Origin: Planctomycetota bacterium
Lineage (GTDB): Bacteria > Planctomycetota > PLA2 > JAEUHO01
Direction of reading: 5' to 3'
NCBI GenBank assembly: GCA_965223505.1
Contig: CBDCWP010000013.1
Coordinates: 1 to 64,000, forward strand
DNA length: 64,000 nt
A program made the position numbers and the translations under genes. The stretch's first letter is position 1. The number at the start of each line of letters is the position of its first letter. Below, in pieces: positions 11,065 through 19,395 of the stretch. The notes below the pieces were generated by a model that searched no databases, had not been told where the DNA came from, and was given only the letters and a program-made list of their open reading frames with translations.

Positions 11065-11636
11065 GGCAGTTCGCTCTCGTTCGTGATCACCTTCGAGAGC
11101 AACCCGTAGTCCACCGCCTCCTGCGCGCTCATCCAGAAGTCGCGATGCATGTCCTCTTCGATCTTCGCGAGATCCTGTCCCGTCTCGCGTACGAAGAGCT
11201 CGTTCGCCTTCTTGCGCAGTCGGATGATCTCCTTGGCGCTGATCGCGATGTCCGACGCCGTCCCCTGCACGCCGACGCTCGGCTGGTGCAGCATCACGCG
11301 ACTGTGGGCCAGCGTGAACCGGCTCTCCTTCGGCGTGCCGACCATCACGATCGTCGCCGCGCTGGCCGCGAGGCCCGTGATGATCGTCTGTACCGGCGCC
11401 TCGATGTAGCGCATCACGTCGTAGATCGCGAACCCGTCGTCCGCGACGCCGCCCGGACTGTTGATGTACATGCGGATCGGCTTCTCGTTGTCCATCTGGT
11501 TCAGGACGAGAAGCTGTGTGATCACGCTCTTCGTCAACTTCGGCTCGATCGCACCGAACAACATCACCGACCGGCCCTTGATCAGGTGCCGGGTGAGGGG
11601 GCTGCCGCCGCGCTTGGACGAGCTGGAAAGCGTCAT
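11061..11636 (-). CDS. clpP: ATP-dependent Clp protease proteolytic subunit
   Basis: MYINSPGG, GLAASAA (Ser), MLHQPS (His), RDFWMSAQEAVDYGL (Asp). Confidence 0.93.
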   Translation of the reverse strand: MTLSSSSKRGGSPLTRHLIKGRSVMLFGAIEPKLTKSVITQLLVLNQMDNEKPIRMYINSPGGVADDGFAIYDVMRYIEAPVQTIITGLAASAATIVMVGTPKESRFTLAHSRVMLHQPSVGVQGTASDIAISAKEIIRLRKKANELFVRETGQDLAKIEEDMHRDFWMSAQEAVDYGLLSKVITNESELP

Positions 11637-11700
11637 CGTCGGTCTCCGTTGCGAGTGCGGCGAAGCTACACGCCGAGCGGCGGATCGGCAGGATTTGCCC

Positions 11701-12687
11701 CTAGCGCTTCTCGTCGGGCAGCGGCGGCACGTCGCGCGCCACTCGGAATCCCACCCAGGGGATCCGCGAGCCGGCACTGGCGCCGGATCGCGTTCTGCCA
11801 CGCCAGGTCAACCCCGGATCCGGCACGTCCCGGTACGACCCGCCGAGATACAGGGTTTGGAACGAACGTCGAGCCGTCCCGCCGGGACCGGTCGTCGCGG
11901 ACCACTCCGCGACGTTGCCGACGAGGTCGAGCACGCCGAACGGACTGGCGCCCTTCGGATAGGACCCGACCGCGACCCGACCCTCGGGCCCGAAGCCCTG
12001 CAGGTTCGCGCGGCCCGCGGGGGTCATCTCGCCCCACGGATACGTGCGCAACCCCGACCCGCGCAGCGCGCGATCGAACTCCTCCGCGCGCGGCAACCGT
12101 CCCTTGCGGTAGCGACGCGCGAAGTCGCCCGCCTCGTTCCACGACACGCGGCAGACCGGCAGTGCCCCGTCGTCCGTATCCGGCGGTTCGTAGATCCGCC
12201 GCACGGCGCGTGCCCCGCCTTCCTCACGAAGATGCCGCCGCCACGCGCGCCACTGCGCGACCGACACCTCGAGCTTGTCGATGTAGAACGCGTCGACCCA
12301 GCGTCGCTTGCGCCGCGGACCCCACGGGCGGGAGGTGCGCGGTTCCTCGGCGTAGCCCGCCGGAATGTAGAGCATCCCGCTCGGCACGTGCGCCTTGTGC
12401 CAGTCTTCGCGGATCGCACCGAGGATGCGCTCGAGAACACGATCGTGGTTGGCGGCCGCGTCGCGGCGTGCCTTGCGGATCGCCGGGACGGCATGGGTGC
12501 CACGCCGTCGAAGCTCCGCTTCGAGGGACGCACGTTGGGCGGCGCCTGCGGACTCCAGCCGTCGCAGCAGTTCGTCGACCTTGCAGGTCGTCAGATCCGC
12601 TTGCGGCTCGTCGTCCGCACGCGCAGGCGGCGCCCACGCGAGTACGCCTGCGAGGGCCACGCACGCGAGGGTCCGGCGCGCGCTCAC
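11701..12687 (-). CDS. Secreted SUMF1/EgtB/PvdO (FGE-sulfatase) domain protein
   Basis: Signal peptide; FYIDKLEVS, PVCRVSWNEA, RLPRAEEFDRA, YPWG, SPFGVLDLVGNVAEW, VGFRVAR. Confidence 0.85.
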   Translation of the reverse strand: MSARRTLACVALAGVLAWAPPARADDEPQADLTTCKVDELLRRLESAGAAQRASLEAELRRRGTHAVPAIRKARRDAAANHDRVLERILGAIREDWHKAHVPSGMLYIPAGYAEEPRTSRPWGPRRKRRWVDAFYIDKLEVSVAQWRAWRRHLREEGGARAVRRIYEPPDTDDGALPVCRVSWNEAGDFARRYRKGRLPRAEEFDRALRGSGLRTYPWGEMTPAGRANLQGFGPEGRVAVGSYPKGASPFGVLDLVGNVAEWSATTGPGGTARRSFQTLYLGGSYRDVPDPGLTWRGRTRSGASAGSRIPWVGFRVARDVPPLPDEKR

Positions 12688-13289
12688 GACGCGTCGCTCT
12701 TCTTCGGCGGGAACGTCGCACCGAGCTCGCGGGCGAGTGCGGTGTGCGCGCGATTGAGCCGACTCTTGACGGTGCCGATGGAGCAGTCGAGCACTTCGGC
12801 CAGCTCGTCGTACGACAGTCCCTCGACGTAGCGCAGGACCGCCACCGCACGCAGCTTCGGTGACAGGCGCGCGAGCGCCTGCCGCACCTGTTCCGCGTGC
12901 TCGTCGCGGCGCACGCCGCTGTCGGGGGCGACGGTGCCTTCGCGCCCCGTGGGCAGCGACAGCTCCAGCCCGGCGGTCGTGTCGGGCAGCCGTGACACCG
13001 GACGGCGCGCGTCCTTACGGCGACTGTCGATGGCGCGGTTCACCGTGATGCGATAGATCCACGACTTGAAGGACGCGTCGCCGCGAAAGGAGCGCACACT
13101 GCGGCTCAGGTTGAGGAACACCTCCTGGGCGACGTCTTCCGCGCGCGCCCAGTCGCCGAGGACCCGGTAGGCGACCGTCATGACGCGCCGTTGGTGGCGG
13201 TCGTACAGGTCGGTCAGCGCGCGCTGGCGAACCTCGGGATCGCCTTCGGCGAGGGCCCGAACCAGCTCGAGATCCGGGTCCAGGTCCAT
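12684..13289 (-). CDS. ECF-family RNA polymerase sigma factor
   Basis: AEDVAQEVF, FKSWIYRITVN, LSYDELAEVLDCSIGTVKSRLNRA. Confidence 0.93.
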   Translation of the reverse strand: MDLDPDLELVRALAEGDPEVRQRALTDLYDRHQRRVMTVAYRVLGDWARAEDVAQEVFLNLSRSVRSFRGDASFKSWIYRITVNRAIDSRRKDARRPVSRLPDTTAGLELSLPTGREGTVAPDSGVRRDEHAEQVRQALARLSPKLRAVAVLRYVEGLSYDELAEVLDCSIGTVKSRLNRAHTALARELGATFPPKKSDAS

Positions 13290-13389
13290 CGGGTTGCCAG
13301 CATCCTCTCCCAGGGCAGTCGGCAGATGCTACACCGATCGAGGCGCCGGACCGGTTCGGCCGCGGCGATGCGGATACCCTCGTGGCCCC

Positions 13390-13725
13390 ATGGAACACGT
13401 CACTCCCGGCCCCTTGCGCATCCTCTTCGCGGCGGGACCGGACGTTCCGGAGGCCTTCGCGTGGGTGCAGCGGATCGCGGCGGCGCTGCGGACGGGTCGT
13501 GTGATCCGGGTCCTGCTCACGCACAAGGGGTTGGAATGGGCCTCCAACGAGGGGCTGCGCACGCTTGCCGAGGACCCGGCGCTGCACGTGGCGGTGTGCA
13601 GCCGTAATGCCGGTGATCGCGGATGGTCCGCGGAGCGGACACCGAACTGGATTGGCTGGTCGTCGGTGACGACCTGGTTCATGGACATGCGGCCGGGCGA
13701 TTCGCTGTGGGTGGTGTTGCCGTGA
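13390..13725 (+). CDS. DsrE/TusD-like small protein
   Basis: 111 aa; VAVCSRNAGDRG resembles the DsrE Cys motif; TACCCT before ATG. Confidence 0.5.
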   Translation: MEHVTPGPLRILFAAGPDVPEAFAWVQRIAAALRTGRVIRVLLTHKGLEWASNEGLRTLAEDPALHVAVCSRNAGDRGWSAERTPNWIGWSSVTTWFMDMRPGDSLWVVLP

Positions 13726-14117
13726 GCGCTTCGCTGGTCTTGATCACGGGGCCGTACCTGGCCTCGCCTGACGGCGAGGAGCTTCTGCGCATCGTGACGG
13801 GCATGGCGGCTTGCGGGGACGACATCGCGTTGTGCGAGATCGGCGCGGGGATCGGCGCCATGGCGAGCGAGGACCTGAGCGACGAGGCGGAGCGCTACGT
13901 GGAGGGTCTGGCTTCGCTGGGTATCGAGGCCCGGCCGATCACGGGGGGCGACTTGCATGCGGCCATCGCGGCGGCGGACCGGGTGTTGGTCCTGGGATCA
14001 CCGAGCCGGCCGCGCCGTCCGGCGTTGTTGGTTCTGGACGACGCGTACCTGCGGCAGGTGACGTCGGCGGCGCTCCTCGATGCGATCACGAACGCGGGCG
14101 GCGTGATCCGAGGCTAG
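13722..14117 (+). CDS. DsrF/TusC-like protein, possibly with a DsrH-like tail
   Basis: GTGA overlap with previous gene; LITGPY...EELLRIVTGMAA, ITGGDLHAAIAAADRVLVL. Confidence 0.5.
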   Translation: MSASLVLITGPYLASPDGEELLRIVTGMAACGDDIALCEIGAGIGAMASEDLSDEAERYVEGLASLGIEARPITGGDLHAAIAAADRVLVLGSPSRPRRPALLVLDDAYLRQVTSAALLDAITNAGGVIRG

Positions 14118-14171
14118 CCGGCCTCCCATTATCCGAACGCACCTCTTCTTCCGCATGCCGACCGCGGCCCG

Positions 14172-14233
14172 CCTTCTCTCTCCCTCTCTCTGTCTCTCTC
14201 TTTCTCTCTCTTTCTTTCTCTCTCTCCTCTTCC
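14172..14233. repeat. Polypyrimidine (CT)n tract flanked by cttccgcatgccg direct repeats
   Basis: 62 nt with a single G, about 10-nt period tttctctctc. Confidence 0.85.
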
Positions 14234-14485
14234 GCATGCCGGACGCGCCGCGGACACCAACCGACATCTTGCGCATTCCGGACGCGCCGAAGGCGCCACG
14301 GGGGTGGATAGGGCGAGCGGAGCGAGCCCGCAAGGAGGGCCATGCCCTCCTTGAGGAGGATTTTTCAGGTCGGACGCGCGAAGCGCGTCTCCTGAGGGCG
14401 GTAGCCCGAGGGCCGAGCGGAGCGAGGGACTGTTCGCGGCCGTTCGCTCGCGGCCCGGCGGGCCGCACGAGCGAAGGGCCGCGAG

Positions 14486-14521
14486 AAAAAATGACCCCGG
14501 TAGGTTAGGGACCTACCGGGG
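14486..14521 (-). terminator. Intrinsic terminator
   Basis: Minus strand ccccggtaggt-cccta-acctaccgggg followed by tcatttttt. Confidence 0.8.
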
Positions 14522-14670
14522 CCGGAGTCCAAGCCGAGGGGACTTGTGAGATTAGGGATGTGGTGGAAGGTTTCGGTTGCAGGGCAAAACCCCGACCTGG
14601 ACAACCGCCGGACGGCGAACCGACCGACGGTGCCAGCATCCACCGGCAGGGAAGCCGACTTCCGCTGACG
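14486..14670 (-). ncRNA. Candidate structured small RNA (unassigned)
   Basis: Successive hairpins (one with a UUCG loop), a C/A-rich single-stranded stretch and a terminator; no convincing ORF. The 5' end is a guess. Confidence 0.35.
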
Positions 14671-14781
14671 CGTGAACTATCGACGGTCGCCCGGGCGCCT
14701 GAGAGGCAAAGGCGCTTTCCACCGCGTCCATTTGAGGCAACATCGCGCGTCGCGGTTTCGCCCCAGAAAATGGGGCCTGGC

Positions 14782-15477
14782 TCAGGATGACGGCCCGGCG
14801 GCGGGATCGACGAGACCCGCCTCCGCAAATCCGCGGGCCCGCAAACGGCACGCGTCACAGCGGCCACAGTGGCCCCAATTCGTGACTTGTTCGACCGGGT
14901 CGTAGCACGAGAGCGTGTGCTCGAACGGCACGCCCAAGGCCACACCGCGGCGCACGATGTCCGCTTTGCTGAACGACACCAACGGAGCACGAACTTCGAC
15001 GCTGCGTCCCTCCACGCCCCGTTTCGTGCCCAGCCGCGCGACCTCCGCAAAGGCTTCGATGTACGCCGGCCGGCAATCCGGATAGCCGGAGTAGTCGAGC
15101 GCGTTGACGCCGATCACGACGGCGTCGGCATCCAACGTCTCCGCGCACGCCAGCGCGAGCGAGAGGAACACCGTGTTGCGCGCCGGCACGTACGACGCCG
15201 GGATGCCCTCGCTGATCTCGTCGTCGGCGCGGTCCTTCGGGACCTCGATGTCGGCGGTCAAGGCGCTCCCACCGAGCGAGCGCAGATCGACGCGAACGAC
15301 CCGGAAGGAGATGAGCCCCAGCGCCTGCGCCAACCGGGCCGCGCACTCGAGCTCCGGCAGCGCTCGCTGACCGTAGTCGATCGCCAACGCATGGACCTCG
15401 TACCCCTCGGCCTGCGTGATCGCGGCAGCGGTGACGGAGTCCATGCCGCCGGACAGCAGGGCAACGGCCCGTTTCAT
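14782..15477 (-). CDS. queC: 7-cyano-7-deazaguanine synthase
   Basis: LSGGMDS, YGQR, YVPARNTVF, DYSGYPDCRP, SCYDP...HCGRCDAC. Confidence 0.97.
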   Translation of the reverse strand: MKRAVALLSGGMDSVTAAAITQAEGYEVHALAIDYGQRALPELECAARLAQALGLISFRVVRVDLRSLGGSALTADIEVPKDRADDEISEGIPASYVPARNTVFLSLALACAETLDADAVVIGVNALDYSGYPDCRPAYIEAFAEVARLGTKRGVEGRSVEVRAPLVSFSKADIVRRGVALGVPFEHTLSCYDPVEQVTNWGHCGRCDACRLRARGFAEAGLVDPAAGPSS

Positions 15478-15480
15478 GTC

Positions 15481-15918
15481 CTACTCGGCGTCGTCCTTGA
15501 TCTTGACCGGATCCTTGATGGCGATCGCGACGCACACCGCGAAGCCGCCCCAGAGCAACGACGCGCCGAAGAAGCCCATGATCCACCCCGACCACGGCAA
15601 CGTGCTTCGGCGGACGGCGTCCGCAACGCGGCCCTGCAGGGGCTCGTACAGGGCCATGCCGGCCTCCAGCTCGGCCGCCGCCCGCGCGGCGAGCGCTTCG
15701 TCGTTCGCCTTCTTGTCCTCGCCGAGCATGTCGCGGCGAGCCATGAAGGCGCGATAGGCCTTCCAGTGGTCCTTCCACTTCGCATCGTCGTCGTCGAGGG
15801 TCGCGTTCAGCTCGGCGACCAGGTCGGAGAGGGTCTTTTCCTCGCCGCCGAAGGCGGGAGCCGGGAACGCCATGGTCAGCGTCGCGATCAGGCAAAGAAC
15901 GGCTGCAAATCTACTCAT
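15481..15918 (-). CDS. Exported/membrane protein with a C-terminal MetS-like NSS small-subunit helix
   Basis: Signal peptide; C-terminus WSGWIMGFFGASLLWGGFAVCVAIAIK; overlaps the NSS gene stop. Confidence 0.6.
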   Translation of the reverse strand: MSRFAAVLCLIATLTMAFPAPAFGGEEKTLSDLVAELNATLDDDDAKWKDHWKAYRAFMARRDMLGEDKKANDEALAARAAAELEAGMALYEPLQGRVADAVRRSTLPWSGWIMGFFGASLLWGGFAVCVAIAIKDPVKIKDDAE

Positions 15919-17425
15919 CGGCGGCCCCCTTCCACTTCATCCGCTGCATGACCCACGATCCGATCAGGCAGAGCCCGGCAGGAATCGCACCCCACAGAAT
16001 CAGATGCTTGCCTTCGTAGCCCTCGTAGCCGCGGCTGAAGAGCTTCATGGCGGCCATGACGAAGACGACGCCGAGCACGGCGGGGGTCAGGTACTTGAGA
16101 CAGAACCGCCAGAAGCCGCCGATGCGCAATTCGGACCGCTCGTTGATGTCGGCCTGCATCGCGTCGAAGTCCTTCTTCGGGATGATCCACGCGATGAACA
16201 CGCACTGCACCAAGGCAGCGAGCGTGAGCCCCCAGTCACTCAAGAACTTGTCGAAGATGTCGAGCAGGTAGAGCCCCCAACCGAAGCAGAACAGCAAGCC
16301 GGCCAGGAACCCGAGCACGCAGAGCGAGACGACGACGACCTGGCGTGGCGTACCGAACTTGTCCCGCAGCGCCGTTGCGACCGCTTCCACGATGGAGAAC
16401 GCCGAGTCGACGCCCAGTGTGAGCAGCATCAGGAAGAAGGCGAGCGCCGTCAGCGTCTGCCCGACGGGCCCCCAGTCGAGCATCTCGACCGCGGTCGGAT
16501 ACGACGTGAATGCCAGACCGAAGCTCGACGTCTTGATGTCGCCGATCGGCGCGTTCATGGCGACACCGAGGTAGCCCATGGTCGAGAACACCGCGAAGCC
16601 CGCCAGGAAGCTGAAGCCACAGTTGGCGAACGACGTCATGTAGGCGTTGTTCACCACGTCCGATCCCTTTGGTCGGAATGACGCGTAGGCGATGAGGATG
16701 CCCCAACCCACCGAGAGCGAGAAGAACACCTGTCCGTACGCCGCGACCCAGGTTTGTGGGTTCGTCAGCGCGTCCCATTCCGGGGCCAGGTAGTAGGCCA
16801 GACCGTCGATCGCGCCGTCGAGGGTAAGTCCGCGCAGCGCGAGGAGCACCAGCAGGACCAACGGCAACGGTACGGTGATCATCACCACCTTGCCCACGCG
16901 ATGCGCCCCGCCCGCGATACTCAAGTAGATGCAGACCCACGTGAGCGCCAACCCGATGACGGCGCTCAGGTTGAAGCCTCCGATTTCGCCCGCGCCGGAC
17001 GAGAGCTCCGCCACCTCCGTCGCGAAGTAGTCGCCGGCCTTGCCCTCCTCCCACGGAAGGCCGTCGCCGAAGAGGCCGCTGACACACTCCCAGCAGTACT
17101 CCCAGCTCCAGGCCAGGATCACGCAGTAGTAGAAGCTGATGAACAGGCCGATGAGGACGGTCCACCAACCGATCCACTCGTACTTCTTGTTCAGCTTGCT
17201 GTACGCCTTCGGCGCCGAGCCCTGGAAGCGCGAGCCGATGCCGTACTCGACGATCATCAGCGGAATGCCCGCCGTGAGGAGCGCGATGAAGTACGGGATG
17301 AAGAACGCGCCGCCGCCGTTGTTGAACGCCGTGCCGGGGAAACGCCATACGTTGCCCAGCCCGATGGCGCTGCCGACCGCAGCCATGATGAATGCAGGCC
17401 TGCTGGCCCATCGCTCTCTCGCCAT
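15911..17425 (-). CDS. Sodium-dependent transporter, neurotransmitter:sodium symporter (NSS) family
   Basis: RERWASR, GSAIGLGNVWRFP, NGGGAFFIPY, GQVFFSLS, GLAFTSYP. Confidence 0.96.
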   Translation of the reverse strand: MARERWASRPAFIMAAVGSAIGLGNVWRFPGTAFNNGGGAFFIPYFIALLTAGIPLMIVEYGIGSRFQGSAPKAYSKLNKKYEWIGWWTVLIGLFISFYYCVILAWSWEYCWECVSGLFGDGLPWEEGKAGDYFATEVAELSSGAGEIGGFNLSAVIGLALTWVCIYLSIAGGAHRVGKVVMITVPLPLVLLVLLALRGLTLDGAIDGLAYYLAPEWDALTNPQTWVAAYGQVFFSLSVGWGILIAYASFRPKGSDVVNNAYMTSFANCGFSFLAGFAVFSTMGYLGVAMNAPIGDIKTSSFGLAFTSYPTAVEMLDWGPVGQTLTALAFFLMLLTLGVDSAFSIVEAVATALRDKFGTPRQVVVVSLCVLGFLAGLLFCFGWGLYLLDIFDKFLSDWGLTLAALVQCVFIAWIIPKKDFDAMQADINERSELRIGGFWRFCLKYLTPAVLGVVFVMAAMKLFSRGYEGYEGKHLILWGAIPAGLCLIGSWVMQRMKWKGAADE

Positions 17426-17560
17426 GCGGTCCCTCCCGATGGAAGCGGGCAGTCTACTCATCGCCCCCCCTGCGTGAAACCCCACAGAAACGCCCGCACA
17501 AGCGGTCACGGGACGGATGGCGCGGCCTATACTCCCGCCCGTACTTCGCGGAGACCTTCG

Positions 17561-18334
17561 ATGCGTCACGTCCCGCTCGCGCTCGTTCTGGCATTGGGCC
17601 TGGCGGCCTGCGACTCGGGCCATCGCGACGACCCGGCGGGCGACAACCGCTGGATGGGTCCCGACCTCGCGGTGCAGCTGCCCGGCCCGGACACGACCGT
17701 GAAGGCGGTCGAGGTCGAGATCGACGACAAGACGCTCGAGCGCGGCATCCCGCAGATCGTCTTCCACCTGCGCAATCCGAAGCCGGCAGCGGGCGACGTC
17801 GTGCGTTACGCGATCGACGGGAAGTGGACCGGCAGTCCGGTCACGAACGCGCGCGGACCGGTCCCGTTCGACGCGACGAACGCGGAACCGCTGACGATCG
17901 GGACGCATGTCCTCACTGCTGTGGTCACGACGGCCGACGGCACTCCGTACACGAACGAGGGCGCGTCTTTGGCGATCCCGTTCCACGTGCGCGAGCGCTC
18001 CGGCGAGTTCGGCTACCGCGACAAGGACGGCAACCGGCACGAGTTCCACCGCGACGATCCGTGCCTCATCGTCATCGGACCCGAGCCGGACGCGGCGGGA
18101 TCACGGGTGATCGTCACGGCGGCGAACTGCGCGCTCGGCGAAGGTCACCGAATCCGGCTGGTGCACGACGGCGCAGTGACCATCCTGAAGAGCGCCGCGG
18201 TCCACCACGCGCAAGCGTGGAAGACGCTCGAGATCGAGCTGCAGCACGATGTCGGAGGGGAAGACGAGCCCAAGTGGGAGACCGTGCCGGGCGTGATGAA
18301 TCGCTGGACACGGACGAACGAGGCGGGTTCGTAG
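17561..18334 (+). CDS. Hypothetical lipoprotein
   Basis: MRHVPLALVLALGLAAC lipobox; GGAG RBS. Confidence 0.75.
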   Translation: MRHVPLALVLALGLAACDSGHRDDPAGDNRWMGPDLAVQLPGPDTTVKAVEVEIDDKTLERGIPQIVFHLRNPKPAAGDVVRYAIDGKWTGSPVTNARGPVPFDATNAEPLTIGTHVLTAVVTTADGTPYTNEGASLAIPFHVRERSGEFGYRDKDGNRHEFHRDDPCLIVIGPEPDAAGSRVIVTAANCALGEGHRIRLVHDGAVTILKSAAVHHAQAWKTLEIELQHDVGGEDEPKWETVPGVMNRWTRTNEAGS

Positions 18335-18362
18335 GGACGGGGTCGGCGCCGGACGTAGAGAG

Positions 18363-18839
18363 CTACGCCGGCTTCTCCAGGACCACCTCCATCACCTCCC
18401 ATCCCATCGACTCCCAGAACCTCACGGAGTCCGGGTTCTTCGCCGCCGTCTGCAGCTGCACCGCGTCGATGTCCTTCTCGTTCAGCGTGTCCAGCAACCG
18501 ACCGATCAGCCGCCGCGCGATGCCGAGCCGCCGGCGCGGCGGCGCGACGAAGCAGTCCGTGATCTCCGCGATCCGGCTCGGCACGTGCCACTCGCCCGCT
18601 TCCTTGATCGCCGCCGCCGCGTACCCCACGACCATGCGACCGCCCTCTTCGGCCACGACGACGAACCGCTCCCGATCCTGAAGCCACGACGCGAACTGCG
18701 CGGCCATGTGCTCCCGCGCCCGGGGATGCAGCTCGAGCCGCGGGTCCTTCGCGACGTTCTCTCGCATCAGCGCTTCCCAGAGCATCATCAGGCTGGGAAT
18801 GTCGCCCCGGCGGGCGTTACGGATCGGTACACCTTCCAT
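18363..18839 (-). CDS. GNAT family N-acetyltransferase
   Basis: CFVAPPRRRLGIARRL, NPDSVRFWESMGW. Confidence 0.85.
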   Translation of the reverse strand: MEGVPIRNARRGDIPSLMMLWEALMRENVAKDPRLELHPRAREHMAAQFASWLQDRERFVVVAEEGGRMVVGYAAAAIKEAGEWHVPSRIAEITDCFVAPPRRRLGIARRLIGRLLDTLNEKDIDAVQLQTAAKNPDSVRFWESMGWEVMEVVLEKPA

Positions 18840-18858
18840 CGAACCGGTTCAGCTCCCT

Positions 18859-19353
18859 CTACAGTGCGTCCAGACTGCGCTTCATCACCAGTTGCAGTGG
18901 CTCGAAGCCCTCGTTCTCGAGTCGCGCGAGCGCGTTCTCGTTCGCTGCCGGAATCGCGGCGCGCAGCACGTCCGCGTCCCGTCCTGCCAGGATCTCCGCG
19001 AGCTTGTGAACAAGCGCCTTGGCCTGGCCGCGTCCGCGCTCGCCCGGCGCGACGTAGCACTCGACGATCTCGCCGACGTGCTGGTGCTTCAGCACGGGCG
19101 GCCAGACGGTCAGCAGGCCGATCACGTAGCCGACGAGTCCGCCGCCCGCGCCCTCGGCCACCAGAATGAAACGCTCGTCCTGTCCGAGCCAGACGGGCAG
19201 GGCCTGCTCGCAGCGTTGGCGGGCGTCCGCGGACAGACGTACGCGCGGATCCGTGTTCGCAAGCTCGCCGAGATAGCGAACACGCAGCTCGACCAGGTCG
19301 GGGACGTCACCGCGTCGCGCGGCCCGAACGTTGGTAGTGGGAGCCGAATCCAT
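18859..19353 (-). CDS. GNAT family N-acetyltransferase (tandem paralog)
   Basis: YVAPGERGRGQAKAL, NENALARLENEGF; similar to the neighbouring gene. Confidence 0.85.
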   Translation of the reverse strand: MDSAPTTNVRAARRGDVPDLVELRVRYLGELANTDPRVRLSADARQRCEQALPVWLGQDERFILVAEGAGGGLVGYVIGLLTVWPPVLKHQHVGEIVECYVAPGERGRGQAKALVHKLAEILAGRDADVLRAAIPAANENALARLENEGFEPLQLVMKRSLDAL

Positions 19354-19395
19354 CGCGCCCCCCCCGCCGCAGGCGTCGAAGGGCACGGAGCGAAG

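Noticed and set aside
14486..14570. Possible tRNA, SRP RNA, tmRNA or RNase P RNA
   Set aside because: No TTCGA T-loop or CCA cloverleaf, and no SRP or RNase P signature motifs.
14575..14670. AGGGCAAAAC on the + strand as a c-di-GMP-I riboswitch
   Set aside because: The GAAA tetraloop and GACGCAAAG elements are missing, and there is no downstream + strand gene.
18363..19353. Tandem GNAT genes as a toxin-antitoxin module
   Set aside because: Both are full GNAT paralogs and there is no RHH/DUF1778-type antitoxin.
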